Shown in pieces: positions 41,301-56,300 of a stretch of DNA of 64,000 bases. A model generated the notes under the pieces. That model saw nothing but the letters and a program-made list of their open reading frames with translations. It did no database searches and had not been told where the DNA came from. The translations under genes were made by a program, and so were the position numbers. How positions within the stretch are numbered: the first letter of the stretch is position 1; every line of letters starts with the position of its first letter. The DNA is from Antedon mediterranea (Eukaryota > Animalia > Echinodermata), in contig NC_092672.1 of NCBI RefSeq assembly GCF_964355755.1, positions 14,756,001-14,820,000 on the forward strand, given 5' to 3'.

Positions 41301-44300
41301 CAATGGACTGGTGTACATAATAGCAGTATTGCCAATGGACTGGTGTACATAATAGCAGTATTGCCAATGGACTGGTGTAAATAATAGCAGTATTGCCAAT
41401 GGACTGGTGTACATAATAGCAGTATTGCCAATGGACTGGTGTACATAATAGCAGTATTGCCAATGGACTGGTGTACATAATAGCAGTATTGCCAATGGAC
41501 TGGTGTACATAATAGCAGTATTGCCAATGGACTGGTGTACATAATAGCAGTATTGCCAATGGACTGGTGTACATAATAGCAGTATTGCCAATGGACTGGT
41601 GTACATAATAGCAGTATTGCCAATGGACTGGTGTACATAATAGCAGTATTGCCAATGGACTGGTGTACATAATAGCAGTATTGCCAATGGACTGGTGTAC
41701 ATAATAGCAGTATTGCCAATGGACTGGTGTAAATAATAGCAGTATTGCCAATGGACTGGTGTACATAATAGCAGTATTGCCAATGGACTGGTGTACATAA
41801 TAGCAGTATTGCCAATGGACTGGTGTACATAATAGCAGTATTGCCAATGGACTGGTGTACATAATAGCAGTATTGCCAATGGACTGGTGTACATAATAGC
41901 AGTATTGCCAATGGACTGGTGTACATAATAGCAGTATTGCCAATGGACTGGTGTACATAATAGCAGTATTGCCAATGGACTGGTGTACATAATAGCAGTA
42001 TTGCCAATGGACTGGTGTACATAATAGCAGTATTGCCAATGGACTGGTGTACATAATAGCAGTATTGCCAATGGACTGGTGTACATAATAGCAGTATTGC
42101 CAATGGACTGGTGTACATAATAGCAGTATTGCCAATGGACTGGTGTACATAATAGCAGTATTGCCAATGGACTGGTGTACATAATAGCAGTATTGCCAAT
42201 GGACTGGTGTACATAATAGCAGTATTGCCAATGGACTGGTGTACATAATAGCAGTATTGCCAATGGACTGGTGTAAATAATAGCAGTATTGCCAATGGAC
42301 TGGTGTACATAATAGCAGTATTGCCAATGGACTGGTGTACATAATAGCAGTATTGCCAATGGACTGGTGTACATAATAGCAGTATTGCCAATGGACTGGT
42401 GTACATAATAGCAGTATTGCCAATGGACTGGTGTACATAATAGCAGTATTGCCAATGGACTGGTGTACATAATAGCAGTATTGCCAATGGACTGGTGTAC
42501 ATAATAGCAGTATTGCCAATGGACTGGTGTACATAATAGCAGTATTGCCAATGGACTGGTGTACATAATAGCAGTATTGCCAATGGACTGGTGTACATAA
42601 TAGCAGTATTGCCAATGGACTGGTGTACATAATAGCAGTATTGCCAATGGACTGGTGTACATAATAGCAGTATTGCCAATGGACTGGTGTACATAATAGC
42701 AGTATTTAAGGGGTTCTACTGTATATTATACAGATATTGACTGCTTAGAGGTTAAATATAAGATTTGACATCCCTGAGGGAATGATATTAAGTTCGAGGG
42801 AATATATATTTCCCGAAGCGCCAGCTGAGGGAAATATATATTCCCCCGAGAACTTAATATCATTCCCGAGGGGATGTCAAATCTTATATTTAACCGATAT
42901 AAAAGGCGATATCTGTTATATTATATAGCCAAGAACAAGTCTGCTGGGTTGGGTGAAGCTAGGCTAGGCCTCCTATAGTATTTGTATTGTATGTAAACAA
43001 GCCTGCCTAGACACCTTACCTTGCGAAGAATAATATACAGATAATTACTAATTAATGATTCCTTGGCAATAAAATATTCACTTAGGCCTAGGTCGTTTAA
43101 ATTAACAGAAGAATTTCCATCAATAAGCCTATTAATAATAATATTATAATCAGGTACGCCGAATAAACAATTTGTCTTATTCTCTTCGAGGAGCCGAATC
43201 GCCGGATGTTCAGCGCGTACTAGTTACTAGGTTACTACCGTGAGTTTTGACCAATCACAAACGGTGTTTCATCACATTTAGGGAGGACTAATAACAAATG
43301 AGGGCGCTATGTATGCATAGCTTAAATATTTCAAAAGATTAATTTCTTCAAGCAAGTTCCGAGGCGCAGCGGTTGAAGCGTTGTCTTGTGATGGAGTGAA
43401 AATTCCATCCCGAGTTCAAGATCCAGTAGATGACTTTTGTTTATTTATCGGCAAACGCGAGTGTTGCACACGAAAATTACACCGTCAATATCATCGAACT
43501 CGAGAATTTATATGATTAATGACAGGGGACACGATAATTACGCGAAAATTACTCAGTCAATATCATAGTTCTCGAGGATATATACGTCATGTGACGCAGT
43601 TTCAACCAATCACGTTCACGTATTTACATAGGCTATGTAATATAACAAAATATAGAATATAGAAATAAAGTTAATATAAAAAAATAAATTGTATATAGGT
43701 ACATAAAAAATGTATACTTAACTACCTGTCAAATACAAATCGTAAGAGTTGCAGGTTAAGTACTGGCGGGAGATTTTGTAAATGTATTCGACGAGATGCA
43801 TTTTGCTTTGAATTACAAGTGTTACAAAAATATTGGTTACTGCCCTCTAGTCGTTCTTCCTGAAATTAAGCATAAACATTATATAATATAAAAAGCTGTT
43901 TCAAAACCTACCAAAGTTGCTGAATTTTTACATTACACCTTAACCGGCAAGCCAATTTAAATCTCATGTCTGTGTAACAAATTGATCTCTATGTTGGTAC
44001 TACTACAACTATTACTACTGTAGTGTTAATTATGTCAAACGACCAAACAATCCTAAGCCTAGCAAGGCTAAAACGCCTAGGCATAATATTATAAGGCCTA
44101 CTTAACTAGCTAGACTGAAAGGCAACAGCAACTGGGACTCATCTAGGCTAATTATGTTTTTTCCAATGAGATGTTCAAATTAATGAATCAAAATCCTACA
44201 AACTATCTAAAGCTAATTTAAATGCCATTTATTATACATATATATCTCCAAAAATGTACTCCATTGCTAAACCAGTCATAATATTCGATTTGCAGCGAAA

Positions 44301-47300
44301 GTACAAAATTGTATTGTTGTATTTCAACTTCAATTTATTTTTTTTTTGTACACGAAAAAAAGTATTATTAAACGATCGTTTTAATAGTGGGTACTATTGC
44401 ACGCCATGTGACCCACAATCACCAATCAAATGACAGGAATTTATTTAGGTGTTATATAATATGCAATAATAAGTCCATGATGTAATGAATATATAGCTAC
44501 TGACAATTAGGTTCTTCCAGCAATACTACCAAGATAATATATTGAACAGTACACTCTTTCTGATCTTGCGATGTGTAAAATATAGTAACACCACTTTATG
44601 TACCAGTGGTTATACTGATTGAGTTTTGAGGAAATCGTCCAGTGGCATTTAAATTGTTGCCAGAAAGAACCATATTAGGAAACAGAACTCAGTCAGCTCT
44701 TTGTTTCTTTTTCTTTACTTACCTGTAAAAATTCATCAAGACATTCTTTCAAATCCTTGTGACCCTTGATGTTAAGGTCAAGCTCATAAAATCTTGATGG
44801 TCTACTTGATCTTGTCAAACAATTATTGCACCTGGTTGAGGTAGTATAAAAAAATAAAATTAGGTATGTGTACGTTAAAAACAATGTTTTAAATAAGTAT
44901 CTATATGTATTTTTTACATATTTGCATAGTTTTTTTATTTTTTCAAATTTCGTATTAACATAATTTATTGCCTTTGAGAATAATATTCCGCGAGGGGTTG
45001 ATTACTTAACTGTTTAGCAGCTACTTGCTGCTAAAAATAAGGACTCATGGTTAAGCGTGCTCCTGCGATCATCGAAAATACGTTGAACAAAGGTCATGGA
45101 GCTAGACCGCAGGCCCGTAGCCAGGGGGGTTTTTTGGGGTTCGGGCGAACCCCCCCTTTTGCGCGAACCCCCCTTTTACCAGCGAACCCCCCTTGAAAAA
45201 CAAAGGCCCCACTTCCAAAATCTTGCAATTAATTATCAATTATAGCAGATTTTTTGGTCATTTTACTTCTATTGACTATGTTTAAATCGATCGAATATAC
45301 AGATTGTCCGATGTCAAAGTCACTGCTGAGCGTGAGATCGAGAGATTGTTGAGAGATGATGGTTATAAATATGACAGAAAAATGGACTGACCAATCACGT
45401 GCTTCGGCCGGGCTTTTCGGAACGCACAAGATCACGTTCAGTTCAATCTTTTTGGGGATTTTTAACTTCACTGTGTAAACTTGAATAAAAATGGTGCCGA
45501 GTTAAATTGGTACGTGTACGTAGGCCTACCGTATATTTCGGTGTATAAGACGCACTTTTGACACGCAAATTTGACCTCTAAATGTTACCCTAATTAATTT
45601 AATTACCTACTAATACTTAAATTAATTAAAAATAGTGTACTACTCTGCAATGTAGGCCTAGCTAGTTACTCACTCCTGTCTAACCACAGTGTGGTAACAA
45701 GTTTATTGAATTTTTAGTTAAGATAAATTGTCATCCTCGACTGTATTAATTAATATTACAGTACGCATTAGATATTCTACCCAGGCCTAGTAGTACTCTC
45801 TGAACTCGCGGGTGTGTATTCTAGCAGCATGCAGCATCACAGCCTAACACATTTATGGAAGAGTCCATTAATTACGGTGGTGTCACATTTTAATTACACA
45901 ATAACTATTTCCCTTGATCACGGTGGTTTATTTTTATTACATCTCTATGTCAACAATCACATAATTTTATAATCATGTAGGCAATAGTTCGTATGTCAAG
46001 CGATATCAAAAAGAGTGTGTTGTTATTGTGTTAAGTAGCTTCCCCTAATAGTATCCCTATTTTAGGTCTAAAAAGGGTCAATCTGAGAAAAAATTAGAAA
46101 CAAGTGTTTCTCAACTGATTTGAGTTATATAGGTTCTATATATCCACCAAAAAAAAGTTCCAGCTCATCTGGCCTGGGGAAAGCCGCCATTTTGGATTTT
46201 TAAAATGGCCGCCATAAAATACATATTTTTGCTCATATATCAGCTTCTACATCATGTATGGATATGATTTTGGTGGCAAAGTATATGTTTTGAGGGTCAA
46301 TGAATCCAAATACAGCATTTTGAAGTCTACTGAATGTCCGCCATCTTGTTTTTCAAAATGGCCGCCATAAAATACAGATTTTTGTACTCATCTCAACTTC
46401 TACATCGTGTATGACGTGATTTTAGTGGCAAAGTGTAGTTGTAAGTGTCAAGAAATTGTAAAACAGCATTTTCGTAATTCACTCAATGGCCGCCATTTTG
46501 TTTTTCAAAATGGCCACCATAAAAAAACATATTTTTGCTCTTATCTCATCATGTATGGAAGTGATTTTTGTGGCAATGTATATGTTTTGAGGGTCATGGA
46601 TTTCAATTACAGCATTTTTTTGAAGTTCACTTAATGGTCACCATTTTGAAAAACAAAATGGTGACCATAAAGTACAGGTTTTGCTAATTTCTTAGCTCAT
46701 ATACATAATGAAGACATGATTTTGATAACTAAGACTATGTTTTGATGGTTACAGAATATAAAATCAGCATTCTAAAATACAGAGAGTCGGAAAGTGATCG
46801 GATCTTCTTATTCCATTTAGGACCAAACTTCATAGTTGAAGGCACTGCTCCACTGGCTTTAGATGTTGCATTTTGTTGCATACAATTTGTTAAATACAGT
46901 CGGCCTATAGTTTTAAAATTTCTAATCAAACTGGCACAATAAAATAATAACATTTATGTACAATCCCCTTTTTTCTAGTCTCCGAGATCTATCGCTATCA
47001 CAATCCTCATTATTACTATATCAACGTCGTGAGTTAATCACAAGATCTAGTTCCATACTGACAGACTGTACTGTAACTATCATTCGCGAGAAGAAACTAA
47101 CAAACAAGATATTCTAAAGAAGTTACATTTAAAGACATTCTCCAAATATAAGGAGAAGCATGGCGAACTTGCAGTTTAAAGTACAACTTATGGATAAAGC
47201 AAGTAACAGATCTTATGAATACATGGTAATACACTGGGAGATCAGCACTAGTCACTCTAAATGGTCTGCATTTATGCACAAATGTAAATCTAGCTGCTTA

Positions 47301-50300
47301 TCTGCCAGTCATAATAACCTTCGATTAAAGTAATGCAAATAGTTAGAGAAAGAAAACTACCATTTTTCGTCAGACTCGTAAGGGGCTTACGAGCTTTCTG
47401 GGAAAGTCAAAAAGATATCAAGAACATTTAAGCTGTGGCTGTATCATTAGATGGTATAATTTTTTAGGCACGATTGTACAATTGGGAGCTCCAGGTTCAG
47501 ATATAGCATCTACAGTGTGCTTTCATATTTGCAGCAGCTGGTCATGGCCAAAATGCCAAAAGTGGAAGGCTATATCTGGAAATGCTGAAAGACAAATTTC
47601 AAGATACATAATGTTTTCCCTATTGTGTTCATGTCTGAAAACTGATTCTTCACCATTATAACACGTTGCATGATATCCATTCTTTTGGAACATCTTGTAT
47701 TGTATGTAAATGGAAATTTGTCGTTCAGGCATATTGGCCATCATGGTCAATTGTTCTATACTGTGTCTATATCTGGTAACAAAATAGTACATCCTCATCT
47801 CATGTCTTCATTATATGATACATAGCTGCATCCACTAAGATCTTTAGAATATACAGCTCTTTTAAAATAGGTTATGCATATCTTCAAAACCTCAGCCCAC
47901 CATTATGTCCAATACAACCCAGAAAGCTCCTGAAAGGATAACCTCCTCCAAGTCTGATTATTATGACTGGTAGATGAGCAGATAGATATACATTTTCAGA
48001 GTGACCGTACCGTTGTATAAACTGTTGACATGTTAATTAGATTAAAAAGAATGATCGACAAAAACTATCGTCGATTTGTCCAGTTATCGCACGATACCTA
48101 CATGCATAAATCCAGACCAGTTATGGTGAAGTAGTGTTATTCCCCAGTGTATTAGGTATCCATCCATTCAGTCACATAAGATATTTTAAATTGCTTTAGT
48201 TGCTTTATCATAATGTATCTGGTTGGAATATCCTTAACTAAAGTTGGCCATGCTTCTTTTTAGGGTTTGAAAAATATCCTAAAATGTCTAAATCTAACAA
48301 ACTTTTTTAGAATATTTTATTTTTAGGTTCTTCACGCGAATGATATAGTTACAATACATCGCTGATATCTTCTTGTGTACAGTACCTCCTTGGGTCATAA
48401 TCATTGTGGTTCCCATATAGTATCACCAACATATTGACTTATTCTCGTCATCACTTTCCAATTCCAACTGTATTTCAAAAGCTGAATTTTGTTTTTATTC
48501 TGTAACGTTCAAAACATAGGCTAAACAAAATCATAATCATAATCAAAATAGCTTATAAATTATCAAACACCTGTAGCTTATGGTAGCCATTTTGACAATC
48601 AAAATGGTTGCCATTGAGTGAACTTCAAAAAGCTGTATTTAGATTTCTTGACCCTCAAAACAGTAAACATTGCCTCCAAAATCACTTCCATGCATGATGT
48701 AGAAGCTGATGTACGAGGACAAATCTGTACATTTTATGGCAGCCATTTTTGTAAAACAAAATGGCGGGCATTAAGTAAACTTTAAAATACTGTATTTGAA
48801 TTCCTGGACCTTCAAACATATACTTTTCCACCAAAATTACGTTCATATGACAGAAGCTGAGATATGAGGAAAAATCTGTAAATTTTATGGCAGCCATTTT
48901 GATTTTCAAAATGGCGGAATGGGTGAAATTCAAATTAATGCTGTATTTGGATTCCTTGACCGTCAAAACCTACATTTTGCCACCAAAATCATGTCTATAC
49001 ATGATGTACAAGCTGAGATAAGCACAAATCTGTATTTTAAGGCGGCCATTTTGAAAAACAAGATGGCGGTCACTGAGTGAACTTCAAAATGCTGTATTTA
49101 GATTCCTTGACCCTCAAAACATATACTTTGCCACCAAAATCATTTCCATGCATGATGTAGAAGAGGAGATATGAGCCAAAACCTGTATTTTATGGCGGCC
49201 ATTTTGAAATCCAAAATGGCGACTTTCCCCAGGCCAGATGAGCTGGAACTTTTTTTTGGTGGATATATAGACCCTATATTACACAAATCAGTTGAGAAAC
49301 ACTTGTTTCTAATTTTTTCCCAGAGAAAGTGTAAAATGGGGATACTATAATCTCATAGTCAGCACATGGTTAGTGCTCTCCTCTCCTCATATTGATGTAA
49401 TGCATGAATGGAAATAGGAAAGATTTTCATATAGGCCTACCCAACATGATATTCCTGGTTCATTATCAGCCCAAAAAACTGAACATCATTTGGATTGATT
49501 TTATAATGGTCATACACACAATAAGAAGGTATATATTTAAATAATATGAAATTAAAGTTACTTAAATAGACATAGGCTAGCCCTACCCACACAATGCATC
49601 TTAACTGAAACAATATGGGGATTTCCCTTTTCATTGAACGTTCAGTTGAAGTAGAGACTGATTACGATGTAATAAAGGCAATCAAACAAAATTATATCAT
49701 TTGATTCTAATAAATATGTCTCAAATATCGCTGTTTTATTATTAAAATACCATTGTTTTGATTGTAAAATGTTTAAATTTCGGCCTAGAAATAAGTGCGT
49801 CTTATGCATCGACTACATAAAAAATACTAATATTTCAGTTTTTTTTTAGTTTTTTACATAAAAAATACTAATATTTCAGTCTTATACACAGGTGCGACTT
49901 GTACACCGAAATATACGGTACTATTTGGTTTTTATGTTTATAGGATAAGAAATTATTTAAGGGCCTAATATAATATACTTTTTTGCAACAATAAAGCTGT
50001 ATTTCATGATCAGTACTACTAACTTCCATAATACTGTACTATATAATTTCTCTGCATAACTCAGATTTTAGTAGGTAAAAAATGTCTCTGTAAGCTTATT
50101 AAAACAACCGAAATTGCTCTGAGAGCCAAAGCTTCCAGGGGCCTTCGCCCCCTGGACCCCGACCGCAAAATACTTGGTGTCAAAAAAAACCCCCTCTGAT
50201 GCATTCTGGCTACGGGCCTGAGACCATTACGTAAACATCGACATTCCAACTCTATTATTTATTTGACAAACACTAATCTGAGGCTAGGCATTGTCAGTTA

Positions 50301-53300
50301 GTAATCCAGTCCAGCAACATTTTAGGCCTACATTGTTAGGCCTACATTGTTTAGAATATATTTAAATATTTCATATAAATATAGAAGAAATAGAAGTTTT
50401 GTTTCATGTGAAGCTGGTTTAATATTTGATATGGTAGGCCAAACATGCACGCTATGAATCTGATTAGTGGTCAACGATTTAAAAACAAAACACAAATATG
50501 TTTGATATTTTGTGTATTCTGCCATTATTATGTGAACATTTTAGATTGTGCATGATTATTAGAATATTAAAAAAAATTCATTATAGTCTGCCAGCTTGTT
50601 TGGCATATATTAATTCATGAATTTATAGATTCGTGAAACATCGCTAATATTTTAATCAATATTCTAAACAATGTAGGCATATACAGTAGCTGTACTTGTA
50701 TACAATCATCTAGAATGTTAAATTTTAGGGAAAGTGTTTATCACGTATGCATGTTGTGGCGGTTTATGGTTAGGCCTAAAAATACATCTCATCAAACTAG
50801 TACCAGTGTTATAAATTTGTGTAGCAAAAAGGACATTCTAATTAATAACATGATACTTCAAGCTGAAATGTGTTTCAATCAACAATTTAATTAACATCAT
50901 TAGTTAAATTATAACTGGTTATTTTGCCGATCACACATGGCAAAAACACGGAAAAAAGGCAATTCAATGAATACCAAACAGATTTTTTTTTAAATTAATA
51001 AATGACAGGGCTTGGGCCTTTTGTCTTGTTGATAAAACAAGTTAAAAATAAAGCCCAAAGACAGTTCACCGGAAAAATGAATTGTTCAATGCTGTAACGG
51101 TTGAATGAATGCTGTCCAATTGTTACCTAATTAACCACGTTTTGTTCAAATTTTGTCCGCGGAAAAACTGGATGGTTACAGTATAGTTTTCTGGATGGTA
51201 CTGTATGACAAAATAAATTAGATATTTTCACCACAGTCTCAGCAGTGAACCTGACCATCTGTAGAAAAAAGCAGCACATCTTGTTGTCGTACAAAATTCA
51301 GACATGCACTATATAAAACCTCTAATAAGATTATATTATTATTCTAGGCTTACGCTAGCCATTCGCTAAGTCACCAACAGTGTTTTTAGAATTGATTTGG
51401 CGAAAAAATGTTGTAATCTTCAACAAATTGCTTTGATCGATTGATGATTCAGAAGTAGTGAAATTTACCTGTGATGAGAGACTGGATTGTTGGTAAAGTG
51501 TCAGCTGTATTACTGTAGGGCCTAGATTTTCGCTTGTTGGCAATTTATATAAAAATAAAGCATAAAGGCAATTTATATAAACAATAATTAAAGTTTGGTT
51601 TTGCCATCTGAAATAATTTGTATATCTCGCGTAATATAGGGATAGTAGTACATAACAGCAATATCTTGGTAATTTTATCGTTTTTTTTAAATTTGGGTAA
51701 AAAAAAGGGCAACCTTTTTTGTCATTTGCGCTAAAGGAAATGTCATGCTTACGTGAGCCTAGATTATTGTAGAAACATAAATCTATTAATACAGAATACA
51801 AAACTATTCTTACTGAGTTGTATATGCATACTGTCCACAGAATTGATTTTGAATTATGTGCTGGACTGTGGGGCTAGTATCCCTTGATAGAGTATCTTCC
51901 AGTAATGACAATAACAGCTTGCAAAACTCCTGAGCATCTTGTTGAAGGGCTGTGTCTAAACCTAGACAGTTGATGAAGTCAGTTGGGTCAATGTATCTGA
52001 AATCATTTAAACCAATTAAAGTTTACAGTCTGACCAAAGTTCCTTTGGATTGATTGAACGTTCAATACTGTACAATATTTAGATACACAATAATAATAAT
52101 ACTAATACGTCTAAGTGTCCACTTTTTATTTACCATTTAATATGACCCTCAAACACAGCAGTTAATTGTGATCAAACACCACATGCTAGCACATGGTTTC
52201 AGTACTACTAATACTTTTCTTGTAGATGGCATGCCAAAGAAATTTTTCTGATATTCGATAATTATGAATATGAATGTATATTAATATTTACATACTTTAC
52301 TTTCTGTTGTAAACAAATTCTGATGTAAAAGAAAGAATATCTTATATTTATGAACAGAAAAAAAAATCAGCTTTTATACCTCCTACTGCTATATTGCATG
52401 AGAGCAAAAACATGTTGTAGATGCCCTGCAACTGTACTAGGTTGATATACAACAACTTCTTCTTTTCCACAATTGATTTTTTTATGTTCCTCTGTAACTG
52501 TAATAAAATTGCAAAAAACAAAAAATCATTTTTAAAGATTTCTACAGTTTAGTTAAGAACTTTGCCCATCCAAAAAACTCAAACAAAACTATAAACTACA
52601 AACACATTAAACAAAACCAACTCTACGAAATTGACTACCATATTATATAGATGATAGACAGAATCAGATGTGCTCTATCAACCGCTGTGGTCGAACCTGC
52701 ACCCTTCCAGATCTACAAGGTTGTGGAGGTATATTTATCAGGGTTTGATCATCTGTCAACTTGTGATCATCAATGATTTGGTTCTAGCCGGTAAGATGAT
52801 CTTTTTGAAATGAGAGCAGTTGCGGGTGTTATCATTTTCTCTTATCGGATCACTATTTCTCTTCCCCTTTTGAAAGAGAAGGAATTTTTATATTTACATC
52901 TTGGCCAAACAGAACCGTAGGTGGGGGTAACCAGTAGTGGAATGAGGGGTTGTTCAATAATTTCGAAGGAAAGCAAACATTTCTTGTTTCCATGGAGTGG
53001 CTGTGAGCAGGAAATTTGAAATGTACGCATTAAGCAGTCAATAATTGATGATAAACTTAACTGGAAAGAACATTCAACATATGTTACCAATAGGTGCAAA
53101 CAGAGGCATTATTTATATTAAAAATCCGCCCCTGTCATGGGCCGTGTTGACCCCAAATGACAGTCACTTGTAGTGATAATGTCCTCTATGGGTGGAAAAT
53201 GTGCTGATCCATTTTCATGTCAATCTTGCCGAACAATTTTGCACCATTCATTTAGCTTATGATGTAATCCAAAGTTGGAGTAAGAAATTGGTGTCTATCA

Positions 53301-56300
53301 ATCGCTTTGTTGGCTTCACATCTTAATCCGTTGGGGTGTAGTTCGATTGATCAATGTCAACATCAGTGTCTTCAATAACACTAACCATCTTTGGTCGATT
53401 ACGCAACCAGGTCGGCATACTTGGGCAAATAGTTTTGTATACCACAGTTATTACATGATCTGCCCATAGCAGGACATTGACCTCTGTGAGGATATCAGCG
53501 TGCACTGGATGCTGCTTGGTCATTTACACATGGTGTGGATTTAAGATGGTCTAGGCTCAGGTTTATTTTGTTTACCATAGGTGGTTGTTCCATTGGAGGT
53601 ATTTTTAGTACATCTGCATGACTGTCTGAAACCTCTAATGCTAGAGCATATGTTAATATTTTGTCAAGCGTGTGTGATGGGTCTCTCAAAGCTACACGTC
53701 GAAGTTTGGAAGAAAAACAGTGTTGAATTAGTTGTAATTTGATCTCATCACAATCAGTGAACGAACATGGCTTCGTCGCTTGTCTAAGTCTGGTAACAAA
53801 TGTGTCAATTGATTCAGTATTTCCCTGGTGTATCTGTCGAAATTTGTAAATTGCATATGTTGTTCATTGGTTCAAAATAGGTGTGTAAAGCACCTTTAGC
53901 ATCATCATAATTAGTTCTGGTATTGGGTAAGGTCTGGAAAATGTCATATAGTGGCTCAGAGAAGCGCTCTTTGTCGTTCTGTATTTGACCTTGCTGTGTA
54001 TCTGAACGGCAGAAAGTTGGATATTGGTTCATCCTTGTCACCCTTTCTTATTTTTAGATCAAGAATAGTATTTATTTTAGTATTGTTTATTATGGATACA
54101 CTAATTCAATGTCGCTTGTCAAATGAAGTTTTAAGTTGTCAAATGTTGGCTTATTTTGCACCACAATTTAGCGAACACCAAAATGTCTGGAGTGATACAC
54201 ACGAAAATGATGAAAGCATATTTTCACTGTTATACTAATCATTCATACTCTTTTTCAAACAGATTCTCACTTTGTACTTACTGCATCATAATACCATTTT
54301 CATATTATCTTTGGACAGCCTTTCCAGCTGTTAAGAGGGGATGGCCATCATACATGTATATGATTAGCTCGCCAGAACAAGCTGCAAAATTAGGTGATCT
54401 AGCGTAACATAGACCAAGGGAACCTAATTTTGTGTTACACAGTCAGATTGATATGATGCTAAATAAAACTACTTCTTTTTCCTTACCTTCAGGTGGTATC
54501 CAAAGATAGACTGCCCTTCTGAAGTCTTCATTGTGAAACCAAACCTGTTAATGCCAAGGTGAGATCCAATAATGAAATTTCTAACAGTGTATCACCATAC
54601 GTCAAGTAATGTTGAAAATAAAGGCCCAAAGTAAAATTTACAAATATGCAATAAAAAAAGAATGGGCTTAGTCCCATGGTTTAGTTTTTAAATCCCAGGG
54701 TGACAATTATATTATATACAAAATTCCATCGTATTTGTATTCATTCACTCTGTGTACATTTTGACAATTTCAAGTTAATTACGCCAAAGTTCCTGTACTT
54801 GAGAACCACCTGAGATTAGTCACTTACATAAAGAAAAATTTATTAAATCAGTAAATGATTCGCTCCAATGATTTAGGAGGCGAGTTCCTAATTTCCGTAC
54901 TGAACTTTACTAACAATTGAAAACCAGTATACTAATTTAAATCGAGTTAAATGATTAGTTATTGGCAATTAAAACAAAACAAATTTAGGATAAACAATGT
55001 GCCCCAGCTAGGTGTATGGTTGTCGACGCTAAAATTGTTTTCAGCAATTAGTACAGTATTAAATTTCAAATTGTTAAATTGTACTTTTGGTCCCCTTTCT
55101 TTTCGTACCCAACTTTATTTCTGCTAGGATTTATAAAATTTATATGAAAATGGTATGTAATTTGGGTGGGTTGGGTTAGGGTTTATTTCTGATGCAATGT
55201 GTAAATATTGTTGTGTGTTTTGTTATTAAACAGACTTTTCTTTTGTTGCACATCCATCTAAAAGCCAATTTACACAGACAAACAGTAATGGTAAGCAAAA
55301 ACCATGTGTGGCGTGTCCCATTTGCACAGCGTGTGGAATAAGCAAGTGGTGTGCAGGCACTGATGGCCTTGACTAGACAGATTCTGACTATCATCGGTAT
55401 ATTGACAAAATAGAATCTGTTTCTGTCCCGAGCACGTCCGCTCCGTGTTTTATGTAAATGATCATAAGAAATAACATAGATTCTATATTTTTGTTTTCCG
55501 CTTACCATAACCGCTCGTCTGTGTAAATTGGCCTGTGCTTTATATTTCTAATTACATCGACTCTGTTTCAGTAGGCCTACCTGCAGGAATGTGTTTACAT
55601 AGCAAGTTGCACCAAGATTCTTTAAACCCACAAATGAATTCTAAAATGAGAAGAAATTTTCATTACTTTTATATAGTTTACTACTGTATATAACAACAAC
55701 AGAAATATAAGCATAATTTAATTCAAAATTTTGTAATTTTTAAATGAAATGTAAATTACTTGAGGTTAGCGTCTCCTCAATCAATAAAACACATTGTACT
55801 GAATGGATCTATATAATACGCAAAGATAATATTCATATTACAGTAATTTCCGTGTGGAATGCATTTGGAAATCGCAACTTTGACACCTCTAAAATAGCAC
55901 ATTACTGAAGACAAATATACTAGTAGTTGAGTGACATTTTTACCTCTGGTCGTTTTTCTTCATTTGGATCATCTATGTCAAGCCAATACTCATCATCAAT
56001 GGTACTTAGCCACTCTTTTTCACCAAGTCCAGTTAGGCAATTTGGGTTCCCTGTGCAGTTTTTTCTACAAATAGAAAAAAAAGTGACATGCTACTGTAAT
56101 AACAATATACAAATAATGTATGTTTAAATGCAATTGCATTGCAACAACAGACCACCTTTGATTTCTGATCTTTTTTACTTACATTTTATTTTAAAGTAAA
56201 TTGAGAGTTTGCAGTATAATTGTTCTTTATTCATTAAAATTAGGCTCCATTTAATTTTTGTTATATAGTAAACTATATATAAAAGTAATGAAAATTTCTT

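Larger units (their letters stand above)
45110..50220. mobile_element. hAT-like non-autonomous element (outer member of nest)
   Basis: Perfect 15-bp TIR caggcccgtagccag / ctggctacgggcctg; flanks agaccg / agacca. Confidence 0.75.

Noticed and set aside
37617-42694. Three ~1670-aa ORFs
   Set aside because: They are translations of a stop-free 32-bp satellite in all three frames within a USP48 intron.
37678-42706. CRISPR-like array (32-bp repeat)
   Set aside because: Head-to-tail repeats with no spacers, no cas genes, eukaryotic context.
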